64,000 nt of DNA from Candidatus Saccharibacteria bacterium 49-20 (GCA_001897295.1 MKSN01000001.1:672141-736140); one strand, 5' to 3'; positions 9,357 to 18,811 are shown, counted from the first letter of the stretch. A program made the numbers and translations. Notes: generated from the letters alone by a model not told the origin.

Positions 9357-10424
9357 TTATCCCCTCATAAGCCTTTCGAATTCAACAAGGTCAACGGCAA
9401 ACTCACGCGCATTGTCGTAGGTTACCGTACCAGCCTGCACGAGGCTTGCGAGTGTACGGTCCATGGTCTGCATCCCCTGCTCTGCCCCGGTTTGAATAAT
9501 CGCGTCGAGCTGGTGGCTCTTACCCTCACGAATAATATTGCGGACTGCTGGGTTGGCGATAAGAATTTCCGCCGCTACCACGCGACCGCCGCCAATTGCA
9601 GGGACGAGACGCTGCGAACAAATCGCCATCAAGATGTTTGAAAGCTGCGCACGAATCTGTGGCTGCTGGTGAGGAGGGAACACGTCAATCATACGGTCAA
9701 TCGACTGCGCCGCAGAGTTAGTGTGCAGTGTTGCGAACACAAGGTGTCCGGTTTCTGCAATCGTAATCGCCGCAGAGATAGTTTCGAGGTCACGCATCTC
9801 ACCAATCAACACGACGTCTGGGTCTTGGCGAAGGCTCGAACGAAGCGCCGCGCTAAATGAGTAGGTGTCGTAGTGCACTTCGCGCTGCACAATGACCGAC
9901 TTCTTTGACTTGTGGGTAAACTCAATTGGGTCTTCGATGGTAATAATGTGGGCCGACTTTTCAGTGTTGATCTTGTCGACAAGTGCCGCAAGTGTGGTCG
10001 ACTTACCTGAACCGGTTGGACCAGTCACAAGCACGAGACCGCGTGGATATTCAGCAAATCCCATTACTACAGATGGCATACCGAGCTCGGTCACCGACTT
10101 AATTTCGTTAGGAATGAGACGAAGCGCAGCCGCAAGATTACCGCGTTCGTGGAAGGCGTTTACACGGAAGCGTCCGAGTGTACCAAAGGCGAATGAAAAG
10201 TCGAATTCTTTGTCCTTTAGAAGGATCTGACGCTGGTCTTGGTCGAGAATAGCGAACACGAGTGTTTCAACACCCGCTTCATCCAAAGGGTTAAAGCCCG
10301 CAACTGGTACAAGCTGTCCGTCAATACGGAGCATTGGTGGCAAGCCCACCTGAAGGTGAAGGTCGGACGCGCGCCGCTTCACCACTTCTTCTAGCAATAC
10401 TTCGATTCGTAAGTTTTGATTCAT
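9357..10424 (-). CDS. pilT: twitching-motility retraction ATPase PilT
   Basis: 355 aa with Walker A GPTGSGKST, Walker B VVLIGEMRD and the PilT signature PAVRNIIREGKSHQL. Confidence 0.94.
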   Translation of the reverse strand: MNQNLRIEVLLEEVVKRRASDLHLQVGLPPMLRIDGQLVPVAGFNPLDEAGVETLVFAILDQDQRQILLKDKEFDFSFAFGTLGRFRVNAFHERGNLAAALRLIPNEIKSVTELGMPSVVMGFAEYPRGLVLVTGPTGSGKSTTLAALVDKINTEKSAHIITIEDPIEFTHKSKKSVIVQREVHYDTYSFSAALRSSLRQDPDVVLIGEMRDLETISAAITIAETGHLVFATLHTNSAAQSIDRMIDVFPPHQQPQIRAQLSNILMAICSQRLVPAIGGGRVVAAEILIANPAVRNIIREGKSHQLDAIIQTGAEQGMQTMDRTLASLVQAGTVTYDNAREFAVDLVEFERLMRG

Positions 10425-10437
10425 ATTGTGCCCACTC

Positions 10438-12201
10438 CTATGCTGTATCTGATGTAACGCGGTTAACCTCTTCTATTGTAGTGAGACCCGTTAACGCCTT
10501 TAGGTATCCGTCCTGTCGCATGGTAATCATCCCCTGCGATACGGCAAGTCGCTGAATTTCAGCACTCGTTGCCCGTTCGACGATAAGCTTTTGGATGTCC
10601 GTGTTCACATCCATCACTTCGTAAAGACCTGCACGACCAGTGTAGCCGTGTGGCGTTTGAGGGGTATCAATTCCTCTGACTAAAGTATAAGCGCTTTGGC
10701 CTGCTAATGGTAGGTCTTTATATCCCAAATCGGCAGAAACCTTTGCAACCTCTTCTTTTGTCTTTGGCAGAAGGTGCCCAACTGTGGCAAGAATGTTTTG
10801 CGTCTCGATTGGTGACGATTGGTACGTTTCGCGCTTATTCGCCACGCGACGCACAAGGCGCTGACCAATAATAGTATTCACCGTACTGGCAATAAGGAAC
10901 GGCTCGATATTCATATCAAGAAGACGCGGAAGCACACCTGCAGCCGAGTTGGTGTGCAGCGTACTAAACACAAGGTGTCCCGTAAGCGCCGCCTGGACAG
11001 CGAGTCCCGCGGTTTCGGCGTCACGGATCTCACCTACCATCACGACGTCCGGGTCCTGACGCAGAATTGAACGAAGGCCATTGGCAAACGTAAGTCCCAC
11101 TTCGGCATTTACCTGAATCTGGTTTACCCCTGCCATCTTATACTCAACCGGGTCTTCGAGGGTCACGATATTCACCGTATCGTCTTTAATTTCTTTAATG
11201 AGTGCATACAGACTGGTCGACTTACCTGAACCGGTAGGCCCAGAGGTCAGCACCATGCCGTTTGGACGCTTGACGCCGCGACGAATCACGCGCAGTGCAC
11301 GGCCCGCATATCCCATTTCCTCGAGGTCAAAGCTATTGCCTGACTTATCAAGAAGACGGATCACAATTTGCTCGCCCCATACCACTGGGCTAATGGCGAT
11401 ACGAAGGTCGACCTCTTTGTTCGCGACCTTGACGGCGAACTGACCGTCCTGCGGGATACGGTGTTCGTCAATTTTGAGGTTTGAAAGAATCTTCACACGA
11501 CTCACCAGCGCTGGCTCAATACTTTTTGGCAGCTGCATCACTTCACGAAGCACGCCGTCGACACGACAGCGAATCTTGAGCGCCGTCTCAAGAGGTTCGA
11601 CGTGGATGTCACTGGCACGAGACTTCACCGCGTACTCGAGAATCTTACTAAGGGCTTGGCTAATTGGTGAGTCTTGGACAATCGTCTTTACATCACTCGC
11701 CTCTTCCGCCTTCAGTTCATCCTGAGACGCCTTGGCGGCTTGGTCGACGCTCGAAAGGTCGGTTTTGTACTGGTCGAGTACGTGACGCACGCCTGCTTCC
11801 GAGGCCATGAAGACCTTCAGTGGACGCTGAATACGGTTTGCGAGGTAGTCAACCGCCTGGACGTTGTTTCCGTCAAGCATGGCAACCGCAAGACGGTTTT
11901 GCACTTCAGCCAAGGGCACGGCCATAAAGCGCTCCGCGATGTCCTCTGGAAGCAGCGCAAGGATATTCTGGTCAATGAGTGTGCTCGCGAGGTTTACATA
12001 CGGCACACCTGAAACCTGCGCAATGGCGTGCGTCAAAAGCTCATCATCAATAATGTCCTGATCGGTAAGTAAGCTAAAGAGCGGCTTACTCTCTTTTGCA
12101 GCCTGCTCTTTTGTCGCGGTAATCACGTCAGCAGCAACAAGCCCTTCATCAATCAGCAGGGCTATGAGCTTTTCTTGGATGTCGTCAGTGAGGAGTGCCA
12201 T
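10438..12201 (-). CDS. pilB: type IV pilus extension ATPase PilB (GspE family)
   Basis: 587 aa with an N-terminal GSPII/MshEN-like domain, Walker A SGPTGSGKSTSL, Walker B VVMVGEIRD and a His box (LVFSTLHTNSA). Confidence 0.94.
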   Translation of the reverse strand: MALLTDDIQEKLIALLIDEGLVAADVITATKEQAAKESKPLFSLLTDQDIIDDELLTHAIAQVSGVPYVNLASTLIDQNILALLPEDIAERFMAVPLAEVQNRLAVAMLDGNNVQAVDYLANRIQRPLKVFMASEAGVRHVLDQYKTDLSSVDQAAKASQDELKAEEASDVKTIVQDSPISQALSKILEYAVKSRASDIHVEPLETALKIRCRVDGVLREVMQLPKSIEPALVSRVKILSNLKIDEHRIPQDGQFAVKVANKEVDLRIAISPVVWGEQIVIRLLDKSGNSFDLEEMGYAGRALRVIRRGVKRPNGMVLTSGPTGSGKSTSLYALIKEIKDDTVNIVTLEDPVEYKMAGVNQIQVNAEVGLTFANGLRSILRQDPDVVMVGEIRDAETAGLAVQAALTGHLVFSTLHTNSAAGVLPRLLDMNIEPFLIASTVNTIIGQRLVRRVANKRETYQSSPIETQNILATVGHLLPKTKEEVAKVSADLGYKDLPLAGQSAYTLVRGIDTPQTPHGYTGRAGLYEVMDVNTDIQKLIVERATSAEIQRLAVSQGMITMRQDGYLKALTGLTTIEEVNRVTSDTA

Positions 12202-12219
12202 ATAAGCTAAGTGTCCTCC

Positions 12220-12444
12220 CTACTCGTTCGTGGGTGTAATCTGCACCTCTATGGCAGGGTTAATTGCATTTTGGTTGAAGATGTTTTGATCTGGAGGGGT
12301 TACCTCACTCTCGATGCGCTCAATTGACTTCACAGTCACCTCTTCGCTCTCAGAGCCATTGAAGATTCCGCGCGTTACAAAGAACGCGACCATCACACTC
12401 ACGACGGCAATAAGGATAATCATTGCTATATCGGTTTTTTTCAT
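12220..12444 (-). CDS. small single-pass membrane protein in the pilMNO-pilB interval
   Basis: 74 aa with one N-terminal TM (IAMIILIAVVSVMVAFFV). Its start overlaps the pilO stop by 4 nt, in the position PilP occupies in diderm clusters. No motif recognised. Confidence 0.5.
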   Translation of the reverse strand: MKKTDIAMIILIAVVSVMVAFFVTRGIFNGSESEEVTVKSIERIESEVTPPDQNIFNQNAINPAIEVQITPTNE

Positions 12445-13130
12445 CGAGGCACCTTCTTATCTTGGAGTTCAATTGTCTTTGCTGGTTCGTAGAATACTTT
12501 TCCGCGCACTGTCATTTGTGGCGTTCCCTGAATTTCAATACGAACTGAAGTTACCTGCACGGTACGGATTGAACGTTCGAGGTTCACGAGTACTTGCTTA
12601 AAGGCATCGAGTGAACCCTTTACTTGGAACTGGAATGTAATCTCGTTACCGGCTGCGTCGCCTTCTGCTGGCGCCGCTGCGTCGTCAGATGCCAGTGTTT
12701 CAACACCCACAATTGGGTCAACCTGTAGTGATTCAATCGAAAGCCCATCAATACCTACAAGCAGCTTGTTTTGCAGTGACGAACCAAATGCGAATGAGTT
12801 TGGCTCAGATGGGAGTGCGTCAAGAATTACCTGGAGCGCTTGGTCTTGCTCGTTTGCTTTTACGCTTGAGAGTGCCACATTCGTATCGAGTACACGGACT
12901 TGATCTTCAAGTTCTTTCACAACAGAGTTATTGTGTTCGAGCGTCGAGACAGTGTTTTGCTTTTCTGCGAGGACTTTCTCGTTGTAGATAAGCTTCTGTG
13001 CCATGAAGATACTTACCACCAGTGCTGAACCAACCAGCGCAGACGCAATCGCGATCCAAATGAACATCGTCTTGTTGGCGTTGGCGATTTGGGTTCGCTT
13101 ACGAATTGCTACATCATTACCTTGTTTCAT
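12441..13130 (-). CDS. pilO: PilO-like pilus alignment protein
   Basis: One TM followed by a coiled-coil segment (LIYNEKVLAEKQNTVSTLEHNNSVVKELEDQVRVLD), located directly after pilN. Start placed at ATG 13130 (TAG-t-ATG junction with pilN) rather than 13157. Confidence 0.6.
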   Translation of the reverse strand: MKQGNDVAIRKRTQIANANKTMFIWIAIASALVGSALVVSIFMAQKLIYNEKVLAEKQNTVSTLEHNNSVVKELEDQVRVLDTNVALSSVKANEQDQALQVILDALPSEPNSFAFGSSLQNKLLVGIDGLSIESLQVDPIVGVETLASDDAAAPAEGDAAGNEITFQFQVKGSLDAFKQVLVNLERSIRTVQVTSVRIEIQGTPQMTVRGKVFYEPAKTIELQDKKVPR

Positions 13131-13131
13131 A

Positions 13132-13848
13132 CTACAAATCCGTCGCCCTTTCCTCAAAGATCTTCCTTGGAATACCTAGGTAAGAGTCGGTGACGTTACC
13201 GTCAACACTGAGCTTAATTGCGATACCGCTAATATTTGGCGAGAAGGCTTTCTCTGCATAGGTAAATGTCAGCACAAAACGCAGGACCAAGTTGTTGTCG
13301 GCGTCCCTTCCGTAGCTCGTGTCGGTCACACTAATGTCGCTCGCGAGGTCGACGGTGGTTTGCTCTTCTGTTTCAGGTTCGGTGTAGGTCAGTGTTGCGC
13401 TATCAAGGGTCTTCTTAAAGAGCTCCATGCTGTCGTAGCCGCGAGTCTGGCCTTCAAGGCGAACGGTTTTCTCTTCTGCGTCGATAGTGATTTGTGACAT
13501 GCGTGCATCGTTTGGTGCCGGTGGCACAACTGCCGAAAGGATATCGAATACGCGTGAATCAACGTTCTTTGCGCTATTGAGCTCACTTACCTTGTTGAGT
13601 TGGTTCTGAATGGTCAAAATCTTCGAAAGGTCCTCTACCTTTGCAAGCTTTTCAGAACCTTCTTTGATTTGGCCGTCCAAAATTGCGCTGCGTACGTTTT
13701 GGGCACCAAAGACATAGGCCACCAATGCGACCACAAGACCCGCCGCGATAATACTCACAAGGATTGAGCTTGAAATAACGGTCGCGCGCATACGCTGCGC
13801 ACGGAGAAGCTCCTGCTTTACATCGGGGATGAGGTTAATTTCAATCAT
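13132..13848 (-). CDS. pilN: PilN-like pilus alignment protein
   Basis: MIEINLIPDVKQELLRAQR N-terminus (the INLLP-type PilM-binding motif), then one TM. Overlaps the pilM stop by 4 nt. Confidence 0.68.
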   Translation of the reverse strand: MIEINLIPDVKQELLRAQRMRATVISSSILVSIIAAGLVVALVAYVFGAQNVRSAILDGQIKEGSEKLAKVEDLSKILTIQNQLNKVSELNSAKNVDSRVFDILSAVVPPAPNDARMSQITIDAEEKTVRLEGQTRGYDSMELFKKTLDSATLTYTEPETEEQTTVDLASDISVTDTSYGRDADNNLVLRFVLTFTYAEKAFSPNISGIAIKLSVDGNVTDSYLGIPRKIFEERATDL

Positions 13849-14891
13849 ATACGCGTCTTCCTTTGCGCGAGGCCAATTGCCGCAGCATATTCTGTCGCAA
13901 CGGTCATAAGCTGCTGCTGGTCACCCTGTGACACGCGGACGCGCTGCCATGGGTTTGCAAGGCTCGACTGAATCCCAGTCTTACCGCTGACATATTCACC
14001 AAAACCAGGCACCACTGAACCGAAGCCGGAAAGCATAATGCCGCCTACTGGAGTGTTAGGGTAGCGAGTTTGGAAGAACTTGATTGACTTGATAAGTTCG
14101 ACTGCGAAGTTGTCGAGTGTACCTTCAATCGCGCGGTAGACCTGACCTTCAAGGCGGTCTGGCGCAAGACCAAACTTCAAAATGAACTGGCGCGCTTGGT
14201 CTTCTTGAACGTTAAGGTTTTGGACCGCAGCCTTAATAAGCGACTTAAGTCCCGTAGGAATCGTACGGACGAGTCGCGGTGCATCACCAAAGGTAATCGC
14301 AAGGTCGGTTGACTGCTCGCCCACATCGATAATAAGACGAGCATCCGCAACACCAGAAGGCAACAGTGAGCGGATCATCGCGAGTGGATCTGGTTCAGCA
14401 GCAATCACGTTAAGGCCGAGGCTCTCGACAAATTCGAGGCGCTCTTCAGCGTAGGTGTTTGAAGTACTTGCAATAAGGACTTCTTGCATCTTAGGGTCGT
14501 GCAGTGACGTACCGAGCAGCGCCCAGTCTACCTTCGCCTCGTTAACCGCCATAGGAATGTACTGATCAACTTGGTATTTGATGGTGTTTCGAAGTTCGTT
14601 TTCGGGCATGACAGGAACTTCAATCACAGTAGTGAAGGTCTTGCTTGAAGGGAGGCCGATCACCACGTTCTTCGTCTTAATACCGCTCTGCCCTACCGCG
14701 GTCATAATCACTTCGCCGAGTTTACGCATCGCTTCAGGTGAAGATGCGGCGGCAATTTTTTCATCGAGAGGCGCGTACCCAAAGTGAACGAGGTTCCATC
14801 CGTCAGACCCCGCAGGAGCTAGCTGAACAACACGAACAGCGTTCGTTCCTATGTCTAGTGCAAAAAAGTCGCCCACGCCATGTACTGCCAT
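13845..14891 (-). CDS. pilM: type IV pilus assembly ATPase-fold protein PilM
   Basis: Actin/HSP70-like fold motifs (FALDIGTNAVRVVQL, IIDVGEQSTDL, GIMLSGFGS). Start moved to ATG 14891 because the ORF-track ATG at 14903 lies inside the predicted -10 hexamer. Confidence 0.85.
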   Translation of the reverse strand: MAVHGVGDFFALDIGTNAVRVVQLAPAGSDGWNLVHFGYAPLDEKIAAASSPEAMRKLGEVIMTAVGQSGIKTKNVVIGLPSSKTFTTVIEVPVMPENELRNTIKYQVDQYIPMAVNEAKVDWALLGTSLHDPKMQEVLIASTSNTYAEERLEFVESLGLNVIAAEPDPLAMIRSLLPSGVADARLIIDVGEQSTDLAITFGDAPRLVRTIPTGLKSLIKAAVQNLNVQEDQARQFILKFGLAPDRLEGQVYRAIEGTLDNFAVELIKSIKFFQTRYPNTPVGGIMLSGFGSVVPGFGEYVSGKTGIQSSLANPWQRVRVSQGDQQQLMTVATEYAAAIGLAQRKTRI

Positions 14892-14901
14892 ATTGTCCCT
14901 C

Positions 14902-14930
14902 ATTATAGGAAAGCGTTAGCGGAATAGCAA
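14902..14930 (-). promoter_or_regulatory. sigma-70 type promoter for pilM operon (TTGCTA-17-TATAAT)
   Basis: The minus strand reads TTGCTAttccgctaacgctttccTATAATgagggacaatATG, with an exact 17-nt spacer. The -10 ends 10 nt before the ATG at 14891. Confidence 0.6.
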
Positions 14931-14952
14931 TACATTTTTCCCTTGTTTTTAT

Positions 14953-16782
14953 CTAGAAGCGCGGCGGAAGTTCTTTTGTCGTGACGGTCGGCAAACGGCC
15001 GGTTCCCGGGCTATAGCTTGTTGCCCAAATGTAGGCATCGGCGCGAAGGTTAAATACCTCGGCTGGGTCATCTGCGGCCGCGCCAGACCCCGCCCCTGCC
15101 GTACGGCGAAGCAGTAAGTGGTTGGCAGAAATTGGGCCGTTAATCGTCAGCTTGGTGTTACAAATAGTCGCGTTCACCGTGGTTGTTTGCGAAACCGCGC
15201 CCGCTCCACACGTATTAATGATGCCGTTTTGTGCAGCCGGTGACGTCGTGTCACTACCCACCGCGATGAGCCACGCATCAATGTTAGTGACCGCACTCGA
15301 AATAATGATATTCTTCGCAATAATCACGGCCTGCGGAATGTCTTCGACACTTGTCAGTGGAGTTGTCGTGTAGTTAATGTTGTTCGTAATTGTCACCGTT
15401 GTATTTGGCGCATTAATCACCACCCACTTCCCCGATCCAATTGCACTTCCACCCGTCACATATGCATTGGTCGCGTTCGAGGTGTAAAGGCGTGGCGCCG
15501 ATGGCGATGAGATAAGCGAGCTAAGGCTCACCGGGCTCGCCGCAGTACTCGCCGGTAAGTTAGGCGTTGCCGTCGAACCAGACGTCACAACTGGGAAGCG
15601 TGAAGCGATATTTGGTGCAATTGTACTGGTTGCGTAGCGCCCCTGCGTGACACCCGAGCCACAGGCGCTCGTGCCTGCATTCGAGAACGTGAGGTAATTA
15701 AGTGCACAGGTATTCACCGACCCGACACCCCCTACGAATCCAGAGCCTGATGACATACCTGTCACCGTACCAGTTGGAATGAGTGCGTATTCACCCCATG
15801 AGCCATAGTAACGTCCCGTATCGGCACGTGACACCGAAGTAACAATGTTTGAGGTACGCGATGCATTCGTTGCGGTGCCGCGACCCACAATTAGGTCACC
15901 GCCAATCACCTGAACCTTTGGCTTTTTGGCGACAATCACACAGGCGGCCGAGGATTCCGTCCAACCCGCGTTATCACGCCCTGCTGGAGAGGCACTCGTG
16001 GCTCTACAGAGCCGTCTTCCGAAGTCAGATGGCTGTACGGTATAGCTTGAGTTTGCCCCTGCACTTCCGCCTGGATCCGTACCAGACCCAAAGCCCCAGT
16101 CTGGACCAGCGCTATTCGTCCAGTCTCCCCTGTTTTGATAGTGCCACGTCACGTGACGCGTTGTGCGTCCCGGGCCGTTATTACTCACATAGTGAGTCCA
16201 GGTAATAGTGTCGCCTACCTCAGCCACGCTCATATTGGCACTTGAAGATACCGAGATAGTCCACGGGGTTTGCCCGTAACAGAACCACTCAAGGTTTGAA
16301 CCCCAAGTAAGACCTGACGTACCACTAATCCCCTGCGCAAGCGCTTCGTTATAGTAGTTGTGCACCTGGCTAATGCCCTCCGCACCGTAGTAGTGCGCAT
16401 TTGTATAGCCTGAGTACGGTGGCCCTTCGGAACTAATACCGTTATTTGCATCAAAGGCAAAGGCACGCTCAAGGCCGGCACCGTTACGCACCACATAAAT
16501 CCACACCGACTGCACATCGCGACAGATATTTTGCACCTCGCCCCAACTCCATCGGCGGCCAAGCGTCGTAAATCCGCCACTAGGCCCGCTGCCTGTGACA
16601 TCATATTTCTTCCATGCAAAGCCGTTGTCTGTACAGTAGTTTGTACACGCGCCAGACCCACCACCACCGGCGCCCTGACCGTGGACATTCGCCACAAAGA
16701 GAAAACCGCTCGCAAGCACAACGAGCCCACCTACCAGTGCAGCGTATCGAGCCCATTGACTACGCAGTATCAGCGATTTCAT
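14953..16782 (-). CDS. large secreted/anchored protein of unknown function, paralog 1 (DUF11/CARDB-like Ig segment plus beta-helix-like C-terminal part, ends PPRF)
   Basis: 609 aa with an N-terminal signal/anchor. Collinear with the 16851-18734 product through many identical blocks (GPSGGF, VWxYVVRN, TITWxH, KPKVxVxGG, VTGMxSGSGFxGG, GKWVVI, IIAKNIII, LTINGP, FNLRADAYxWA, PPRF-stop). Confidence 0.8.
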   Translation of the reverse strand: MKSLILRSQWARYAALVGGLVVLASGFLFVANVHGQGAGGGGSGACTNYCTDNGFAWKKYDVTGSGPSGGFTTLGRRWSWGEVQNICRDVQSVWIYVVRNGAGLERAFAFDANNGISSEGPPYSGYTNAHYYGAEGISQVHNYYNEALAQGISGTSGLTWGSNLEWFCYGQTPWTISVSSSANMSVAEVGDTITWTHYVSNNGPGRTTRHVTWHYQNRGDWTNSAGPDWGFGSGTDPGGSAGANSSYTVQPSDFGRRLCRATSASPAGRDNAGWTESSAACVIVAKKPKVQVIGGDLIVGRGTATNASRTSNIVTSVSRADTGRYYGSWGEYALIPTGTVTGMSSGSGFVGGVGSVNTCALNYLTFSNAGTSACGSGVTQGRYATSTIAPNIASRFPVVTSGSTATPNLPASTAASPVSLSSLISSPSAPRLYTSNATNAYVTGGSAIGSGKWVVINAPNTTVTITNNINYTTTPLTSVEDIPQAVIIAKNIIISSAVTNIDAWLIAVGSDTTSPAAQNGIINTCGAGAVSQTTTVNATICNTKLTINGPISANHLLLRRTAGAGSGAAADDPAEVFNLRADAYIWATSYSPGTGRLPTVTTKELPPRF

Positions 16783-16850
16783 ATTAGGTTAATCATAAGC
16801 CTTTTAGGGCTTCGCCGCAAGGTCTCGAGGCGAGTTTACACCCCTATAAA

Positions 16851-18734
16851 CTAGAACCTAGGGGGCACTTCAATAATCGAAGTTGTCTCAGCGCGATTGT
16901 TTACATCGAGTGATTTTGCCCAAAGATAGGCATCGGCACGAAGATTAAAGGATTCTGCAGATTGTGCGATTGTTGCGCCACTTTCTGCGCCAAACGTACG
17001 ATACAAAAGCAGTCGGTTCACCATCACGGGGCCGTTTATGGTCAGGTTCTTGTTACAATTCGCACCTCGCAGATCAGCCATTTTACTCACTGCGCCACAG
17101 GTCACCAACATGCCATCGTTGCCCGTACCACGCCCCACCAGCCAGGCGTCAACGCTTGTCACACTATCTTTAATAATGATATTTTTCGCAATAATAATCA
17201 CCTGCGGAATGTCGCGAATCGTCTTCAGCGCACCAGTTGCATACTCGATATTTTGATCAATATACACCGTATTGTCGGGCACGTGGATCACCACCCATTT
17301 GCCCTTCGGGATCTTCTCCGACGATGTAAGGTGGACTGCGTCTTTGCTTGTATATACTTTCGTGCTGTCGAGCGTCTTGATATCTGTTGAAGTAGGAGTC
17401 TTTAAGTCGGTCGCGCGGTCAGCCGAGAACCTAGCGGCAAGCGCACTCGCCTGCGACGATGAGGTACTGTACTTGCCTATTTGCTTACTATCGCATTTCG
17501 ATGAATCGTCAGTACGGTTATTTCCAAACGTAAGATAACTGACCGCACATAAATCGCCAGTCGTACGACCACCAGCAAATCCAGAGCCAGACGCCATACC
17601 CGTCACCAGCCCCTTACTTGCGATGCCATACTCAACCCACGATCCGTAGTACTTGCCGTCGCGGTAGCTTACAGCCGTATCAACTGAATTCGCGCGCACC
17701 TCGCCACCCAACACATGTACCTTTGGTCGCTTAATAATCAGCACACACTGCTCGTCCGATTTGGTCGAACCACCAGTATTTTTCGCAGGTTCGGCGTAGG
17801 TGTAGCGGCACAGATTCTTGCCGTAATCGGATGGTTTTACAAGATACGTTGACGTCTTGGAGTCCTTCGCGTCCTTCGCTTTGCGAGCGGTAAACTTCCA
17901 GCTCTCTGCGGTGCCCGTGCCAAGACCCTGCTCGTTATCGGCTCGCCAGGTAATGTCGACGTTCGTCTGATTTGCACCATTATTTTTTATGGTGTGCGCC
18001 CAGGTAATTGTTTCGCCCGGCTCGGCATACTCGCGGTCACGCGCCGTAGTCACCGTGACACTCCATGGTGGATTATCACTCCAACAAAACCACCCCACAC
18101 TCCAGCCCCAAGAGGCTCGATCGCCGCCCGCGCCTTCATACTTAGCGCGAACCGAACGCACCACCTCGTCAGCCGTGCCATAGCCACTAGCTCCGCCGTA
18201 CCGTGCCGAGCCGTCATGCACACCATCCGCATTGTATTCATATGGGTCACCACCCGCGCCTGGTCGATCTATCCACCAGTCTTTTGACGGATACTTCGCA
18301 GCACCACCATTGTTGTTGTCGGGGTTGAAGTTATCCCTGTAATACTCGTAGGTGTTTTGGAACGTAAAGCTCTTCTCCTTACCCGTTGAGTTGCGCACCA
18401 CATACACCCATACCTTGTTCGAGCCCGCCGCACTACACTTCCCCGCAACGCTATTCTTATCGTTCACGTTTCCCCAGTAGCCCGAGTAAAAACCGCCCGA
18501 AGGCCCAGTGGTATCAGACACATCATAGAGCTTCCAACCATGCCCCTTGCTTGTCCAGTAGTCTCCGCTTGCGCCGCTCGAAGTTCCCGGATTTCCCGAT
18601 ACAAATTCAGCGTGCGTTGAAGAGGTTGAAAGCAAGGTGGCGATAGCTACGACGGTCACCGCAATAACCGCACCCCCAATAAGTACGGTCGGCTGCCTCC
18701 ACTGCCCACGATGAAATGGCATCTTCATATGCAT
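16851..18734 (-). CDS. large secreted/anchored protein of unknown function, paralog 2
   Basis: 627 aa with N-terminal TM/signal (VLIGGAVIAVTVVAIATLL). Shares the block structure of 14953-16782 and ends EVPPRF-stop. The exact start is uncertain (three ATGs at 18734, 18728 and 18722). Confidence 0.8.
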   Translation of the reverse strand: MHMKMPFHRGQWRQPTVLIGGAVIAVTVVAIATLLSTSSTHAEFVSGNPGTSSGASGDYWTSKGHGWKLYDVSDTTGPSGGFYSGYWGNVNDKNSVAGKCSAAGSNKVWVYVVRNSTGKEKSFTFQNTYEYYRDNFNPDNNNGGAAKYPSKDWWIDRPGAGGDPYEYNADGVHDGSARYGGASGYGTADEVVRSVRAKYEGAGGDRASWGWSVGWFCWSDNPPWSVTVTTARDREYAEPGETITWAHTIKNNGANQTNVDITWRADNEQGLGTGTAESWKFTARKAKDAKDSKTSTYLVKPSDYGKNLCRYTYAEPAKNTGGSTKSDEQCVLIIKRPKVHVLGGEVRANSVDTAVSYRDGKYYGSWVEYGIASKGLVTGMASGSGFAGGRTTGDLCAVSYLTFGNNRTDDSSKCDSKQIGKYSTSSSQASALAARFSADRATDLKTPTSTDIKTLDSTKVYTSKDAVHLTSSEKIPKGKWVVIHVPDNTVYIDQNIEYATGALKTIRDIPQVIIIAKNIIIKDSVTSVDAWLVGRGTGNDGMLVTCGAVSKMADLRGANCNKNLTINGPVMVNRLLLYRTFGAESGATIAQSAESFNLRADAYLWAKSLDVNNRAETTSIIEVPPRF

Positions 18735-18795
18735 TAAGCATATGCTAAACTGGGCAAACTTCCAATAGGTTAAGTACCGTCACTCACCCCTGTCG

Positions 18796-18804
18796 TGGTA
18801 TACT
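18796..18804 (+). promoter_or_regulatory. extended -10 (TGGTATACT) for ychF, 7 nt from the ATG
   Basis: The sequence reads gtcgTGgTATACTattcactATG with no SD. The geometry fits a leaderless transcript. Confidence 0.55.
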
Positions 18805-18811
18805 ATTCACT

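Noticed and set aside
9072-9641. A 189-aa plus-strand ORF spanning the pilC/pilT junction. Antisense ORFs at 8602-9060, 9892-10230 and 11674-12012 are similar.
   Set aside because: They lie opposite strongly supported pil genes and cross a gene boundary. No supporting signals.
16230-16730. A 166-aa same-strand alternative-frame ORF inside paralog 1.
   Set aside because: The main frame is validated by collinearity with paralog 2, and the alternative frame has no counterpart there.
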